Assembly (NCBI GenBank): GCA_964016885.1
Contig: OZ024744.1
Location: forward strand, 49,786,001 to 49,850,000
Direction of reading: 5' to 3'
Source: Eledone cirrhosa
Taxonomy: Eukaryota
Length of the DNA: 64,000 nucleotides
The stretch's first letter is position 1. Every line of letters begins with the position of its first letter. A program made the translations under genes and the position numbers. This document shows positions 11,255 to 22,934 of the stretch, piece after piece. Under the pieces are notes generated by a model that was not told the origin of the DNA, searched no databases, and was given only the letters and a program-made list of their open reading frames with translations.

Positions 11255-14200
11255 AATGTTGGCACTCTATCAGGTAGATCTGGGGAGATAGTGGAGATGC
11301 TAGAGAGAAGACATGTGGATGTGTGCTGTGTGCAAGAGGTGAGATGGAGATGTGCCTCAGCGAGACTAATCGCAGGCAAACATCTTAGTTATAAGCTTTT
11401 CTGGGTGGGTAATGATGATGGTTAGGTGGGGTAGGCATTTTACTGGCTGAGAGATGGATCGATAAGACAATAGAGGTAGCTAGAGTGTGTAATAGAATAA
11501 TTAAGCTTAGATTAGTTGTAGGCAAGAGACTGCTGACAATCATCTCTGCCTATGCTCCCCAGGCTGGCCTAGGTAAAGAAGAGAAAGACTGTTTTTACGA
11601 GCAACTTTTACAGACAGCCTCAATAACAGAGGACGGAGACATCGTTATGCTAGCAGAGGACTTCAATGGTCATGTTGGACAACTCCAGGATGGATACACT
11701 GGGGTACATGGTGGGCATGGTAATGGCTCAAGAAACGAAGAAGGTGTGAGGCTTCTTGAATTTTGTGATGCAAGTGCACTAACCATTTGCAACACAACTT
11801 CAAGAAACCTACCAATCACCTAATAACCTACGAATCAGGCGAGCACATAAGCCAGATTGACTTCTTGCTAATGAGGCAGCGAGACAAACAGATGGTATCA
11901 AATACCAAGGCATACCCTGGGGAAGAGTGTACCCCCACAGCATAGGTTAGTCGTTAGTGACATCTCAATAAGCAAGAAAAAAAATGAGACATATAGGAAG
12001 GTGTGGAAAAGGAAGGTCTGGAAACTAAAAGACCTTTCACTAAAATATAAATTTAGGAAAGCCTTTCAAGATGTGTATGATGAGAGAGAAGACGATTTAG
12101 AATCATATAACATAGATGATAACTGGAATTTCTTACGTGACAACTTACTGCAGACTACTGAAGAAACTTGTGGTTGGGGCAGAGCTCCGACCAGACAGAG
12201 AGTAACCTGGTGGTGGAACAGCACGGTAGATAGGGCCATTAGAGACAAAAGACTAGCATGGAATGCTTTGGAAAAAGGGTGGGAGTAGAGAAGGATATAC
12301 AGCCGCTAAGAGAGAAGCTAGACATCAGGTGTGCTTAGCATGCAGGGAGGCTGAGAGTAGGAGGTTTGCCAATGTCCTGCGATGGGAAGATCAGAGATGT
12401 GCGGTGTTCTGCATTGCAAGACAGTGAGTCAGTGAAAATCAGGATGTTGTTGGAGATAAATGTGTCCGGAATGATGCCAGTGTACTTAGTGTCACAAATG
12501 ATCAGAAAAAGGAGGTCTGGAAATGTCATTATGAGAGACTGATGAATGTGGAGAACGAATGGGAGAAAGAGAGAAACTACCCCCAGTAGACCCGACAGAA
12601 GGACCAGCTATTGAGATTGATGACTATAGGGTCCAAGAGACAATTAAGGAAATGAAAAATGGTAACGCCGCTGGACCATCTGGGACAGTTGATGAGATGC
12701 TGAAGGCATCAGGAGAAGTATGCACTAAACTGGTTGCACGCATCACCAATCAAGCTATGTATGGCAGTGACATACCCAAAGATTGGTGCAGCAGTATTCT
12801 CATAAGTTGTTACAAAGGTAAAGGGGATGCTCTGGAGTGGAGCAATTATAGGGGTATAAAACTGATGGATCAGGTTATGAAAGTGACAGAAAGTATATTA
12901 GCGCAACTAATTAGAGAAAGGGTCAAATTAGATGAGATGTAGTTTGGTTTTGTGCCTGGGAAAAGTAGAACAGATTCCCTCTTCTTAGTGAGACTACTAC
13001 AAGAGAGGTTCTTAGAGAAGAATAAGCCACTATACTTAGCTTTTGTTGACCTAGAGAAGTCCTTTGATAGGTTACCCCGATCTGTCATCTGGTGGTACCT
13101 AAGGAAACTAGGTATTGAGGAATTACTTGTGAGGGCAGTGCCAGCTATGTACAGAGGTGTTGTCAGTAAAGTGAGAGAAGGAATTGAATTTAGTGAGGAA
13201 TTCCAGATACAAGTAGGAGTACATCAGGGTTAGATCCACATTCCACTCTTATTCATTATAGTCCTCCAAGCCATAACAGGAGTTTAAGACTGGATGCCCA
13301 TGGGAACTTCTCTATGCTGACGATCTGGTTCTTATAGCAAAATCAGTAGAGGAGCTAGAGAATAAATTCAGGCTATGGAAACAGCAGTTGGAATCAAGAG
13401 GACTGAGAGTGAACATAGCTAAAACTAAAGTGTTAATAAGTAGAAGAGAGGACAATACTCTGATTCCATCAGGGAAATGGACAGGTTCGATATGTAGGAA
13501 AGGAACTGGCATAAATTCCATAAAATGTACGCAATGCAGATCTTGGGTACACAAGAGATGTAGTGGGATAGCAGGCAAAATAACAGGTAGGGAGAAATAC
13601 GTATGCAGTAGATGTACAGTAAATTTGACAGTAGAAGTCGCAGTAATAGACACATTTTTCAAATGCACGTAGGACCTATAGAGGTGGTTGATAGCTTCCG
13701 ATACCTAGGTGATCAGATTAGTAAGGGAGCTGGGTGCTCTGAGGCTATAGTATCTAGAGTAAGGATGGGTTGGAAGAAGTTTAGGGAGTTGCTTCCTCTG
13801 TTGACAAGGAAGGGTTTCTCCCTGCGTATGAAAGGCCAGTTACATGATGCCTGTGTGAGATAAGCGATGCTGCATTGTAGTGAGACATGCAACTGCAGAG
13901 GATATGCGATGGCTGGAGAGAAATGAAGCAAGTATGCTCTGTTGGATGTGTAACGTCATTGTACGTGAACGACCAAGCATAGATGAGTCGAGAAACTGTG
14001 TATAAGAGAGATAAGTTGTAGTGTACAGGAGAGAAGACTGAGATGGCATGGACATGTGATGTGCATGGAAGATGACCACTGAGTGAAGAAGTGCCAAGAA
14101 ATCCCAGTAGAAGGAAGACACAGTAGAGGAAGACCACGAAAAACATGGGCGGAGGTGGTGAGAGTTGACCTCAGATCGCTGAAGCTCATAGAGGAGATGA

Positions 14201-14309
14201 CGAACAACCATGACAAGTGGAAAGATGCTGTGCTGAATAGGACCCGTCCGACCCTTGCAAACAGAGATAAGCAGACGTAAAATGATGATGATGATGATGA
14301 TGATGATGA
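11255..14309 (+). mobile_element. RTE LINE, near full coding length, degraded (APE + RT + PHD-like finger)
   Basis: NVGTL, CVQEVRW, SAYAPQ, DFNGHVG (APE); RT motifs; stops and frameshifts; (GAT)n tail. Confidence 0.93.
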
Positions 14310-14310
14310 T

Positions 14311-15000
14311 ATGAGAAAACTCATTTCTAGAACAGCTAAATGATGCCAATGTCAGTGATGAGCAAAAATGCTTCAGAGGACAGAGACCAGTGACCAGTGG
14401 TCAACAGAGAGACAACCCGCAAGGTGGGTGACAGGCAGATGAAATATAGAAAAGATTGAAAGAGGGGGAGGATAAGGAGAAGTGTGTTGGCACTCAGAAG
14501 TAACTGGAAGAAGGAAACAAAGAAAGGTGATGTACAAGACAAGTTTACACACACACATCTTCACCATCATCAGCTCTCAAACCAGCAAAATGGTTTTGCA
14601 CGATTTCATTAAGAATACCATTTTAAAATGCTAGATCATGCAACAGAAAAATAAAATTTTCGGCTGGAATGATGTGTGTGTGATAAAACAAACAGCACAA
14701 ATAGAAGGACGAAAGAAAAGAAAAGAAAGAAAACAATGGGATAGTGGACCTCAAGCTGTGGTGTCTGTCCTAAATAGAAAGCTAATCATAACTATGATAA
14801 TGTTAAAACAATGTTGTCTCTGATTGAGAGGAAGCAGCAGTGTATTTAAATTCATATAAAAATGAGAAAACTCATCTCTAGAACAGCTTTTAAAACAGCC
14901 AAATGCTGTCAAAGACAGCGATAGGCAAATATGCCTCAGAGGACAGAGACCAGCGGCTAGTGGTCAACAGAGAGACAATCCACAAGGTGGGGTACAGGCA
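14311..15000. repeat. Diverged ~135-bp direct repeats 551 bp apart
   Basis: ATGAGAAAACTCAT(T/C)TCTAGAACAGCT...CAGAGGACAGAGACCAG...GGTCAACAGAGAGACAA...ACAGGCA at 14311-14438 and 14862-15000. Confidence 0.75.
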
Positions 15001-15007
15001 TCAATAA

Positions 15008-15400
15008 CATCATCATCATCACCGTTTAACATCCATTTTTCCACACAAGCATGGCTTAGACGAGGTGTCCCATTGTGAGACAAGCTAAGTCAGATGACCA
15101 TATCTTGCTCATACATTACTGATTTTGGTTTGTTTCTATGGCTTGATGCCCATCCTAATGCCAACCACATTTACAGTGTGTACAGGGTAATTTTTGTTAT
15201 GACACGACCACTTTACTGTGAAGGCTGAGCACTTTTTGTCCTGACACCTACGCAACCACGTTAAAGTGTGGGCGGCTGCTTTTTGTCATGTCACCTATAT
15301 GACCACTTTACAGTGTGGGCTCAGCACTTTTTGTCATGTTGCCAACATTACCATTTTACAGTGTGGACTGAGGGACTTGGTTGGGGGAATTGTGTGGGGA
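15008..15400 (-). mobile_element. RTE 3'UTR/RTE-tailed SINE remnant
   Basis: (CAT)n tail, GATGCCCATCCTAATGCCAACCAC motif and ~44-bp internal ACCACTTTACAGTGTGGG repeats. Confidence 0.7.
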
Positions 15401-16240
15401 TTGCACAAATCAACTCCACCATGAATTCTTTCCCTGTTGTCAGTATGAAATGTAACATATTCTGGTATGCGTATTTCTGCATCTGTTATGCAAGCTATCA
15501 GGTGAGTTTCAGTTAGTGCAAGATAGGGGATCTTACTCATGCTGATCAGTTTACCAGGCCTCTGACATTTAGCATTTGTACTGGTGTGACATTAGGAGTG
15601 TCAGCAGTGGTTGGTATGACATTTGAGTAGGTGTCAGTGGTGGCTACCCTGGGTCCTTTATTTCTCTTAAATGTTGGAGTGAATAACTTTGACTCTAGCG
15701 AAATCAAGTGTCTTACAATCTTTTCTACCATGTTTAAAAAAGAATATTGTTCTGCTACTACTGTCTGTATTACATCTACATACTGTCTTCTTCCTTGGTG
15801 TTTTTTCTAGTTCTATTTTTCTTTACCTTTACTGATGATCACTGGCTTTTATCTGCTTGCTTATTTTTTATTTTATTTTTTTTGGTCTCTTCCAGGTGGA
15901 TCTTCATTCTACCTTTACTGTAGTCTCTTCTTTCATTTGCTTTAGCTTGTTTGGCCGTGGTTGACCTTCGTGGTAATACTGTCAGCCTTGCTCATGACAA
16001 CCCTCTGATCCTTCTGATTTTCTGTGGAACACAGGTTCTTTGTTACTGGTTTTCTTCTTTCTTTAGGGTATAGTTCAGTAACTCCATATATGGTTCAATG
16101 AATGTATAGGTGTGAATAAATTAATTGTTTTTATGCTCTGTTAGTACTATGGTTTTGAGGAAGCCATAGCTCTCCAGGGTCTCTGCAATCAGGTTGTTTT
16201 GCAGTGAGCCCTCAGTTGAATGCCATGCTAGTAACATAGT
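15400..16240 (-). mobile_element. Degraded LINE 5' part (APE endonuclease start, probable ORF1 remnant)
   Basis: MLNVRGL...YLALTETHL...RERIHGGV APE N-terminal motifs in ORFs 15546-15731 and 15334-15540; 5' boundary uncertain. Confidence 0.55.
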
Positions 16241-16321
16241 CTTCAATTATTTTGAAAGCGAGAGAAAAAGTGAAAATACAATTTGAAAAACTAAGAAAAA
16301 TTGTATGCTGTATGACATATG

Positions 16322-17735
16322 TATCATCATCATCATCACCATTTTACGTCCGTTCTTCCACGCTAGCATGGGTTAGGCGGGTTGTCATGTTATGGGCAGT
16401 GTCCGGTCGGCTGACCTTGTCTTGCTCATACGGGAACTAATTCTGGCTTGATTTCTACAGCTGGATGCCCTTCCTAACACCAACCTCATTTACTCATGAG
16501 TGCTGGGTGCTTTTTCCGTGGCACCTACACGCCCACTTTACAGTGTGGGCTGGGTGCTTTTTTGTCGTGGCACCTCCACGACCACTTTGCAGTGGGAGGG
16601 GTGGGGGAATATTGTCTATATGCTTCTTTGGCTTGTACCCGTGGGGGGTCGGGTCTTCTGTATTACTGCGTGACGCCAGAGGTCATTGCCCTTGAGAAGT
16701 GTAATTGGGTAAGGTCCGCTTTTATCACCTCATCCAAGGTCTTCTTGGGTCTCCCCACTACGTGGCTTCCATCGACTTTTAGTGCGCTGCACCTTTTTAT
16801 GCAGCTGTCATCCTTCATACGCATCACATGCCCATACCAACGCAACCTCCTCTCCTGCACGCAGCATTTCATTCCTCTTATGCTCAGTCTCTCTCTCAAT
16901 TCATTTATAATTTGCCGTTTCCGTATATTATTATTACACATCCATCGGAGCATGCAAGCTTCGTTTCTCTCTAATCTACGTAAGTCTTCCACATACAGCA
17001 CCCAGGTCTCACTACCATGTAACATTGCTGTTCGTATACACCCATCATACAGTCTGCCTTTCATTTTGAGGGAAAAGCCTTTTGCAGCTAGCAGTGGTAG
17101 TAGTTCCCTAAACTTCTTCCATCCCGTTCTTACCCTAGTTATTGTACTTTCTGAACACCCACCTCCGCTGCTAATTCGGTCACTTAGGTAGCAGAAGCTG
17201 TCTACTGTTTCTACAGAGCCCTCCCAGAGTTTGGTGGTGCTTGTTTCCTGTGGCTGTTTGCTGCTTGCTGTCGCAGCACAGCTGCTGCATGTGAAGCCTA
17301 CATTCTTAGTTAAGCTTCCTGAGATCCCACTACATCTCTTGTGTACCCATTGTTTGCATTTGGAGCAGAGGATGGAGTTCCTACCTATACTTTTCCTACA
17401 TACTGAGCAAGTACAAGCCGAAGCTGAAGCATATAGACAATATGCCCCCACCCCCTCCCACTGCAAAGTGTTTATGGAGGAGCCATGGCAAAAAAGCACC
17501 CAGCCCACACTGTAAAGTGGATGTGTAGGCGCCATGGAAAAAAAGCACCCAGCACTCACTGTAAATGAGGTAGGCGTTAAGAAGGGCATCCAGCTGCAGA
17601 AATCAAGCCAGAATCAGTTCCCCTATGAGCAAGACATAGTCAGCCGACCGGCTACTGCCTACAACAGGACAACCCGTCTAACCCATGCTAGTGTGGAAGA
17701 ACAGATGTAAAACGGTGATGATTATGATGATGATA
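16322..17735 (-). mobile_element. RTE (second family) 3' fragment flanked by inverted copies of its own 3'UTR
   Basis: ORF 16663-17589 has PHD-like finger, GSETW, RLRWYGH; arms 16322-~16640 and ~17410-17735 are reverse complements ending in outward (GAT)n tails. Confidence 0.85.
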
Positions 17736-18616
17736 TATATAAACATTGAGCATCCTAGTGTTGTAAAGAAGTAGTCCACCCTTTAAGGTGACAATGCTGG
17801 TGCCATAATGAAAAGTACCCTGTTCACTCTTTAAGGTAATAGTGCAAGATTCATGATTAAATGCTCCCAGTACACAGTGTTAGGAAAGGTACTCAGTCAT
17901 AGAAACCTAGCCAAACTAAAGCTTGAGAACATAACTATGTCTTTCTCTAATGATATATGGTTCTTTGTTTCAATATATTTGTATATATCTTTTGATTTGA
18001 ATTGTATATACATATACAAACATACACACGTGTGTGTATGCATTCTCAGATGTCATAATTAATTAAATTAACACCACATGGTTAACAAACTTTCTATGCC
18101 GGTAGGGAGAACTTAATCTAAATACAGGTGTATATATACCTACTCCTACTCCTTCCAACACTACAGGTGTATATATATATATCAACATCATCATCAACAT
18201 CATGACCATTTTTATGTTCGTTTTTCCACGCTTGCTTGGGATGGATGGCTCCTTTTCAGAAAAGCACTGCTCCACTCATTGCATTCCTTTCTCATTTCCT
18301 CTGCGAATCTCAGCTCTCAAATATATAAATGTATAGGTAAAAAAAATAGATAGACACACACACACATGTATATACTGTATATAGGTAGAAAAAATAGATA
18401 GATATAGCCAAATATATATATATATATATATATATAACTAACAAAAGTTAACAAAAGTTATTGACCTAGATGACTGAATACAACAAATGTAATCTGAATT
18501 GTTCGAATATTAATAATAATATTCGATTCATTTGCAATTATGCAAACATCCTCTTTTTTAAGCCATATCAGTAGAATCAGCCCCTCATTCTTGCTCTTGT
18601 GTTGGCATGTAAACAG

Positions 18617-18665
18617 AACTGCGGACACTAATGTTTGTGGGTGATAACCCTTCATCAGTGCAGTT
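18617..18665 (-). ncRNA. Type I hammerhead motif (G12 mutated to C)
   Basis: Minus strand: AACTGCA-CTGATGA-A GGGT tatc ACCC A-CAAAC ATTAGT GTC-CGCAGTT. Confidence 0.6.
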
Positions 18666-18908
18666 TGCAGTTCACCTGCCAACTGTCAGAGCTAGTGAAA
18701 ATATATATTTTCTAAAATATACAATGACTGATTTGCATATTAGCAGACTGGCTGCTGATATGCAAATAAGGCTGTTCAGTGCATCTGCTAATTTGCAGAT
18801 CTGACTGATCAGCCATTCTGTTAATATGCAAATCAAGAATCAGTCACTGTATATTTTAGAAAATATCATATATTATCACTAGCTCTGACAGTGGGCAGGT
18901 GAACAGTA

Positions 18909-18957
18909 AACTGCACTGATGAAGGGTTATCACCCATAAACATTAGTGTCTGCAGTT
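18909..18957 (+). ncRNA. Type I hammerhead motif (G12 mutated to T)
   Basis: AACTGCA-CTGATGA-A GGGT tatc ACCC A-TAAAC ATTAGT GTC-TGCAGTT; perfect 7-bp stem I, GUC site. Confidence 0.65.
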
Positions 18958-19060
18958 CTGTTTACATGCCAACACAAGAGCAAGAATGAGGGGCTCATTC
19001 TACTGTCATGGCTTAAAAGAGGCTGTTTGCATAATTGCAAACGAATCGAATATTATTATT

Positions 19061-19240
19061 GCGGTGGATTGGCAGTATCGGTAGAGGGTCGGACGCCATG
19101 CTTTCCAGCATAGTTACGTCCCTTGCCATTCTGAGTTCAAATCCCGCCGAGGTTGACTTTGCCTTTCATCCTTACGGGGTCGATAAAATAAAGTACTAGT
19201 AATGTACTGGGTAATTGTTGGCTTTGTGCAAACTATTATT
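19061..19240 (+). mobile_element. tRNA-derived SINE (Meta-domain-like family)
   Basis: A box TGGCAGTATCGG, B box GAGTTCAAATCC, body GACTTTGCCTTTCATCCTTACGGGGTCGATAAAATAAAGTAC. Confidence 0.85.
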
Positions 19241-19291
19241 AATATTCAAAAAACTCATATTACATTTATATTTGTATATATATATATATAT

Positions 19292-21334
19292 CAGCATAGC
19301 GTCTCTCCATTTGTCATGGTCCTTCATCATCTCCTCTGTGAGCTTCAGCGATCTGAAGTCAGCTCTCACCACCTCTGCTTATGTTTTTTGTGGTTTTCCT
19401 CTACTGTGTTTTCCTTCTACTGGGATTTCTTGGCACCTCTTCACCCAGCAATCATCATCCATGCGAATCACATGACCATACCAATGCAATCTTTTCTCCT
19501 GCACACTACAGTTTATTCCTCTTATACACAGTTTCACTCTCAACTTGGCCATGCTTGGTCATTCACGCACATTGACATTGCACATCCATCGCAGCAAACT
19601 TGCTTCATTTCTCTCCAACCTTCGCATATCCTCCATGGTTGCTGCCTATGTCTCACTACCATGCATATCATGCAGGCATCATACAACCAACCTTTCGTTC
19701 TTAGAAAGAAACCTTTCGTTATCAACAGAGGAAGCAGCTCCTTAAACCTCTTCCATCCTGTCCTTATTCTAGATACTATGGCCTCGGAGCATCTTCCTCC
19801 ATTGCTAATTTTATAACCTAGATATCGGAAGCTATCAACCATGTCTATAGAACCTACCTGCGTTTGAAAAATGTGCCTATCACTGACACTTCTACTATCA
19901 ATTATCCCTGAACATCTACTACATATAAAGTTTTCCCTACCTGTTAGTTTGCCTGCTATTCCACTATACCTCTTGTTATCCAAGATCTGCTTTGTGTACA
20001 TTATATAGAGTTTATGCCAGTTCCTTTTCTACATTTCGAACATGGCCATTTCCCTGATGGAATCAGAGTTTTCTTTTCTTTTCTACTTGTCAACACTTTA
20101 GTCTTTGCTAGGTTAATTCTCAGTTCCCTTGATTCCAATTGCTGTATCCACAGCCAGAATTTATTCTCTAGTTCCTCTACTGATTCTGCTATAAGAACCA
20201 GATGGTCAGCACAGAGAAGTTCCCATGGGCAGCCAGTCTTAAACTCCTCTGTTATGGCTTGAAGAACTATAATGAATAAGAGTGGGCTGAACCCTGATGA
20301 ACACCTACTTGTATATGGATTTCCTCACTAAACTCCATTCCTACCCTCACTTTACTGACAGCACCTCTGTGCATAGCTGGCACTGTCCTCATACGCCAAC
20401 TTTCTACACTTAGCATCTTTAGGGACCACCAAAGGACAGATAGAAGTACTCTATCAAAGGCCTTTTCTAACTCAACAAAAGCTAAGTATTGTGGCTTATT
20501 CTTCACTAAGAACCTCTCTTGTAGTTGTCTCACTAAGAAGAGGGCATCTGTGTACTTTTCCCAGGCACAAAACCAAACTGCATCTCATCTAATTTGACTC
20601 TTTCTCTAATTAGATGTGCTAACACTCTTTCTGTCATTTTCATAACCTATCCGTTAGTTTTATGCCCCTATAATTGCTCCTCTTTAGCTTTGTAATAATT
20701 TATAAGAATACTGCTGCACCAGTTTTGGGGCATGACTCCGCCATATATAACTTGATTGACTATGCATACAACCAGTTTAGTTCCTACTTTTCCTGATGCC
20801 TTTAACTATCCCTGACAGTCCAGGGGCCTTATTAATTTTCATTCCTATAATTGCTTCTTTGACCCTATAGTCGTTAACCTCAATAACTGGTCCCTCTGTT
20901 GGGGGCTAGTTTCGCTCTCTCCCATTCGTTCTCCACATTCATCAGTCTCTCATAATGACATTTCCAGGCCTCCTTTTTCTGATCATCAGTGATGCTAAGT
21001 GAACCGGTATCATTTTGACCAGACTTATCTCCAACAACATCCTGATTTACACTGACACCCTGCCTTGCAATGCAGAACACCGCACGTCTCTGATCTTCCC
21101 CTCACAGAACATTGGCAAACCTGCTGCTCTTAGCTTGCCTGTGTGCTAAGTATACCTGACGTCTAGCCTCTCTTTTAGTGGCTGAGTATTAGTCTCTACT
21201 CCCCCCATTTTTCCAATCCTTCTATGCTTGTCTTTTGCTTTTAATGGCTCTATTTACCATGCTGTTCCACCACCAAGTCACCCTCTGTCTGGTTGGAGCT
21301 TTGCTCCAGCGACAAGTCTTTTCAGTTGCGTGCA

Positions 21335-21335
<1 letters not shown>
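19292..21335 (-). mobile_element. RTE LINE, degraded
   Basis: Reverse complement of the 7492-9425 family; RQLQERFL..KAFD, SFRYLG motifs. Confidence 0.9.
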
Positions 21336-21336
<1 letters not shown>

Positions 21337-21413
<77 letters not shown>

Positions 21414-21428
21414 ATATATATATATATA

Positions 21429-21462
<34 letters not shown>

Positions 21463-21471
21463 TTTATATAA

Positions 21472-21512
<41 letters not shown>

Positions 21513-21530
21513 ATATATGTATATATATAT
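21337..21530. repeat. (TA)n microsatellite
   Basis: Direct observation. Confidence 0.95.
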
Positions 21531-22611
21531 CATCATCATCATCATCATCAACGTTTAACGTCCGTGTTCCACGCTTGCATGGGTTTGGACGGGGGTAGTC
21601 CCACTTGAGGCAAGAGTGATTGTCTTGCTCGCATAGGACTGTCTGGCAGGTTTTCTACAGTTGGATGCCCTTCCTAACACCAACCACATTTACAGTGTGG
21701 GTCTGGGAGGTTTTTACCGTGTTGCCTACACGGCCACATTACAGCGTGGACTGTGTGTTTTTTTGTCGTGACACCTACACGATCTCATTTGTTTCGGCCT
21801 GGATGGCGCGGCACCAACATAACTTTACATAGAACGGGGTGGTGTGGATGGGGTGGGGGTGGTGGCGGGACGGGTGTATTTTGTTAGAGATGCCTACTGG
21901 CAAGGCGGGTCTTCTCTGTTACTGAGTACCGCCAAAGGTCACGGTCCAGTGACATTGTCTTGGAGAGGTGTAAGTGTGTGAGGTCGGAGTTTATCAGCTC
22001 ATCCCATGTTTTTCTAGGTCTGCCTATTCCGTGGCTACCGTCTATCTTTATTGCCCTGCACTTTGTAATACAGCTATCGACTTTCATGCGCATCACGTGT
22101 CCATACCAACGCAGCCTTCTCTCGAGTAAACAACATCTGATCCCTCTTATCTCTAATTTTTTCCTTAGTTCGTTTATGCTTTGCCGTTCACGTATATTAC
22201 TGTTACACATCCAGCGGAGCATGCAAGCTTCGTTCCTCTCTAGTCTGCGTATATCCTCTGCACACAATGCCCAGGTCTCACTACCATGCAACATTGCTGT
22301 TCGTATGCAGGCATCGTACAACCTGCCTTTCATTTTTAGGGAGAACCCTTTAGCAGCTAATAGTGGTATAAGCTCTCTGAACTTTTTCCAACCAGTTCTG
22401 ACTCTAGCTACAGTACTTTCAGAGCACCCTCCCCCACTGCTGATTTTATCGCCCAGGTAACGGAAGCTGTCCACTATTTCTATAGAACCCTCTGCGCAAT
22501 TGAAAGAACTAGTATTTTGTGGGCACTTGCTGCTACTTATTGCACCAGAACACCGGCCACATGTAAAGTCTATGTTCTTAGTTAGCTTACCTGTGATCCC
22601 ACTACATCTTT
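21530..22611 (-). mobile_element. RTE (second family) 3' fragment with 3'UTR and (GAT)n tail
   Basis: ORF 21884-22474 SFRYLG...GSETW...RRLRWYGH...GRPRKTW. Confidence 0.9.
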
Positions 22612-22613
22612 TA

Positions 22614-22852
22614 TATATATTAGAAAGTGAGGTTTTTTACAAAATGAAAAATAAAACGAGGTGTCCTATACGAGTGGAAAGTATAAGGAAAACAGATGAA
22701 ATCGAAAATGCAACTGGAGTCTTTTTTGTTTTAAATATATATTTATTTGGTTCCTTTACCAGTTTCGCAGTTCTTCTGCTTTTCAAAAGTAGAGTTGAGA
22801 TGGAGGGTCTGTGGTTTTTCTCACATCAGATGTGAGAAAAACCACAAACCCT

Positions 22853-22856
<4 letters not shown>
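22614..22856 (-). mobile_element. Short non-coding HHR-bearing repeat with terminal fold-back
   Basis: Homologous to 26070-26260; ends in palindrome ATGGAGGGTCTGTGGTTTTTCTCACATC a GATGTGAGAAAAACCACAAACCCTCCAT. Confidence 0.65.
22752..22791 (-). ncRNA. Minimal type I hammerhead, U3-A8 core variant
   Basis: Minus strand: CTT-TTGAAAA-GCAG aagaa CTGC-GAAAC TG GTA-AAG. Confidence 0.6.

Positions 22857-22931
<75 letters not shown>

Positions 22932-22934
<3 letters not shown>

Larger units (their letters stand above)
18512..19060. repeat. ~550-bp fold-back palindrome carrying two hammerhead motifs
   Basis: Arms are reverse-complementary over ~250 bp, centre ~18790; bounded by (AAT)3/(ATT)3. Confidence 0.92.

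Noticed and set aside
14521-14590. Minus-strand CTGATGA followed by AAACTTGTC as a possible HHR
   Set aside because: No stem II closing before a GAAA box and stem I does not pair.
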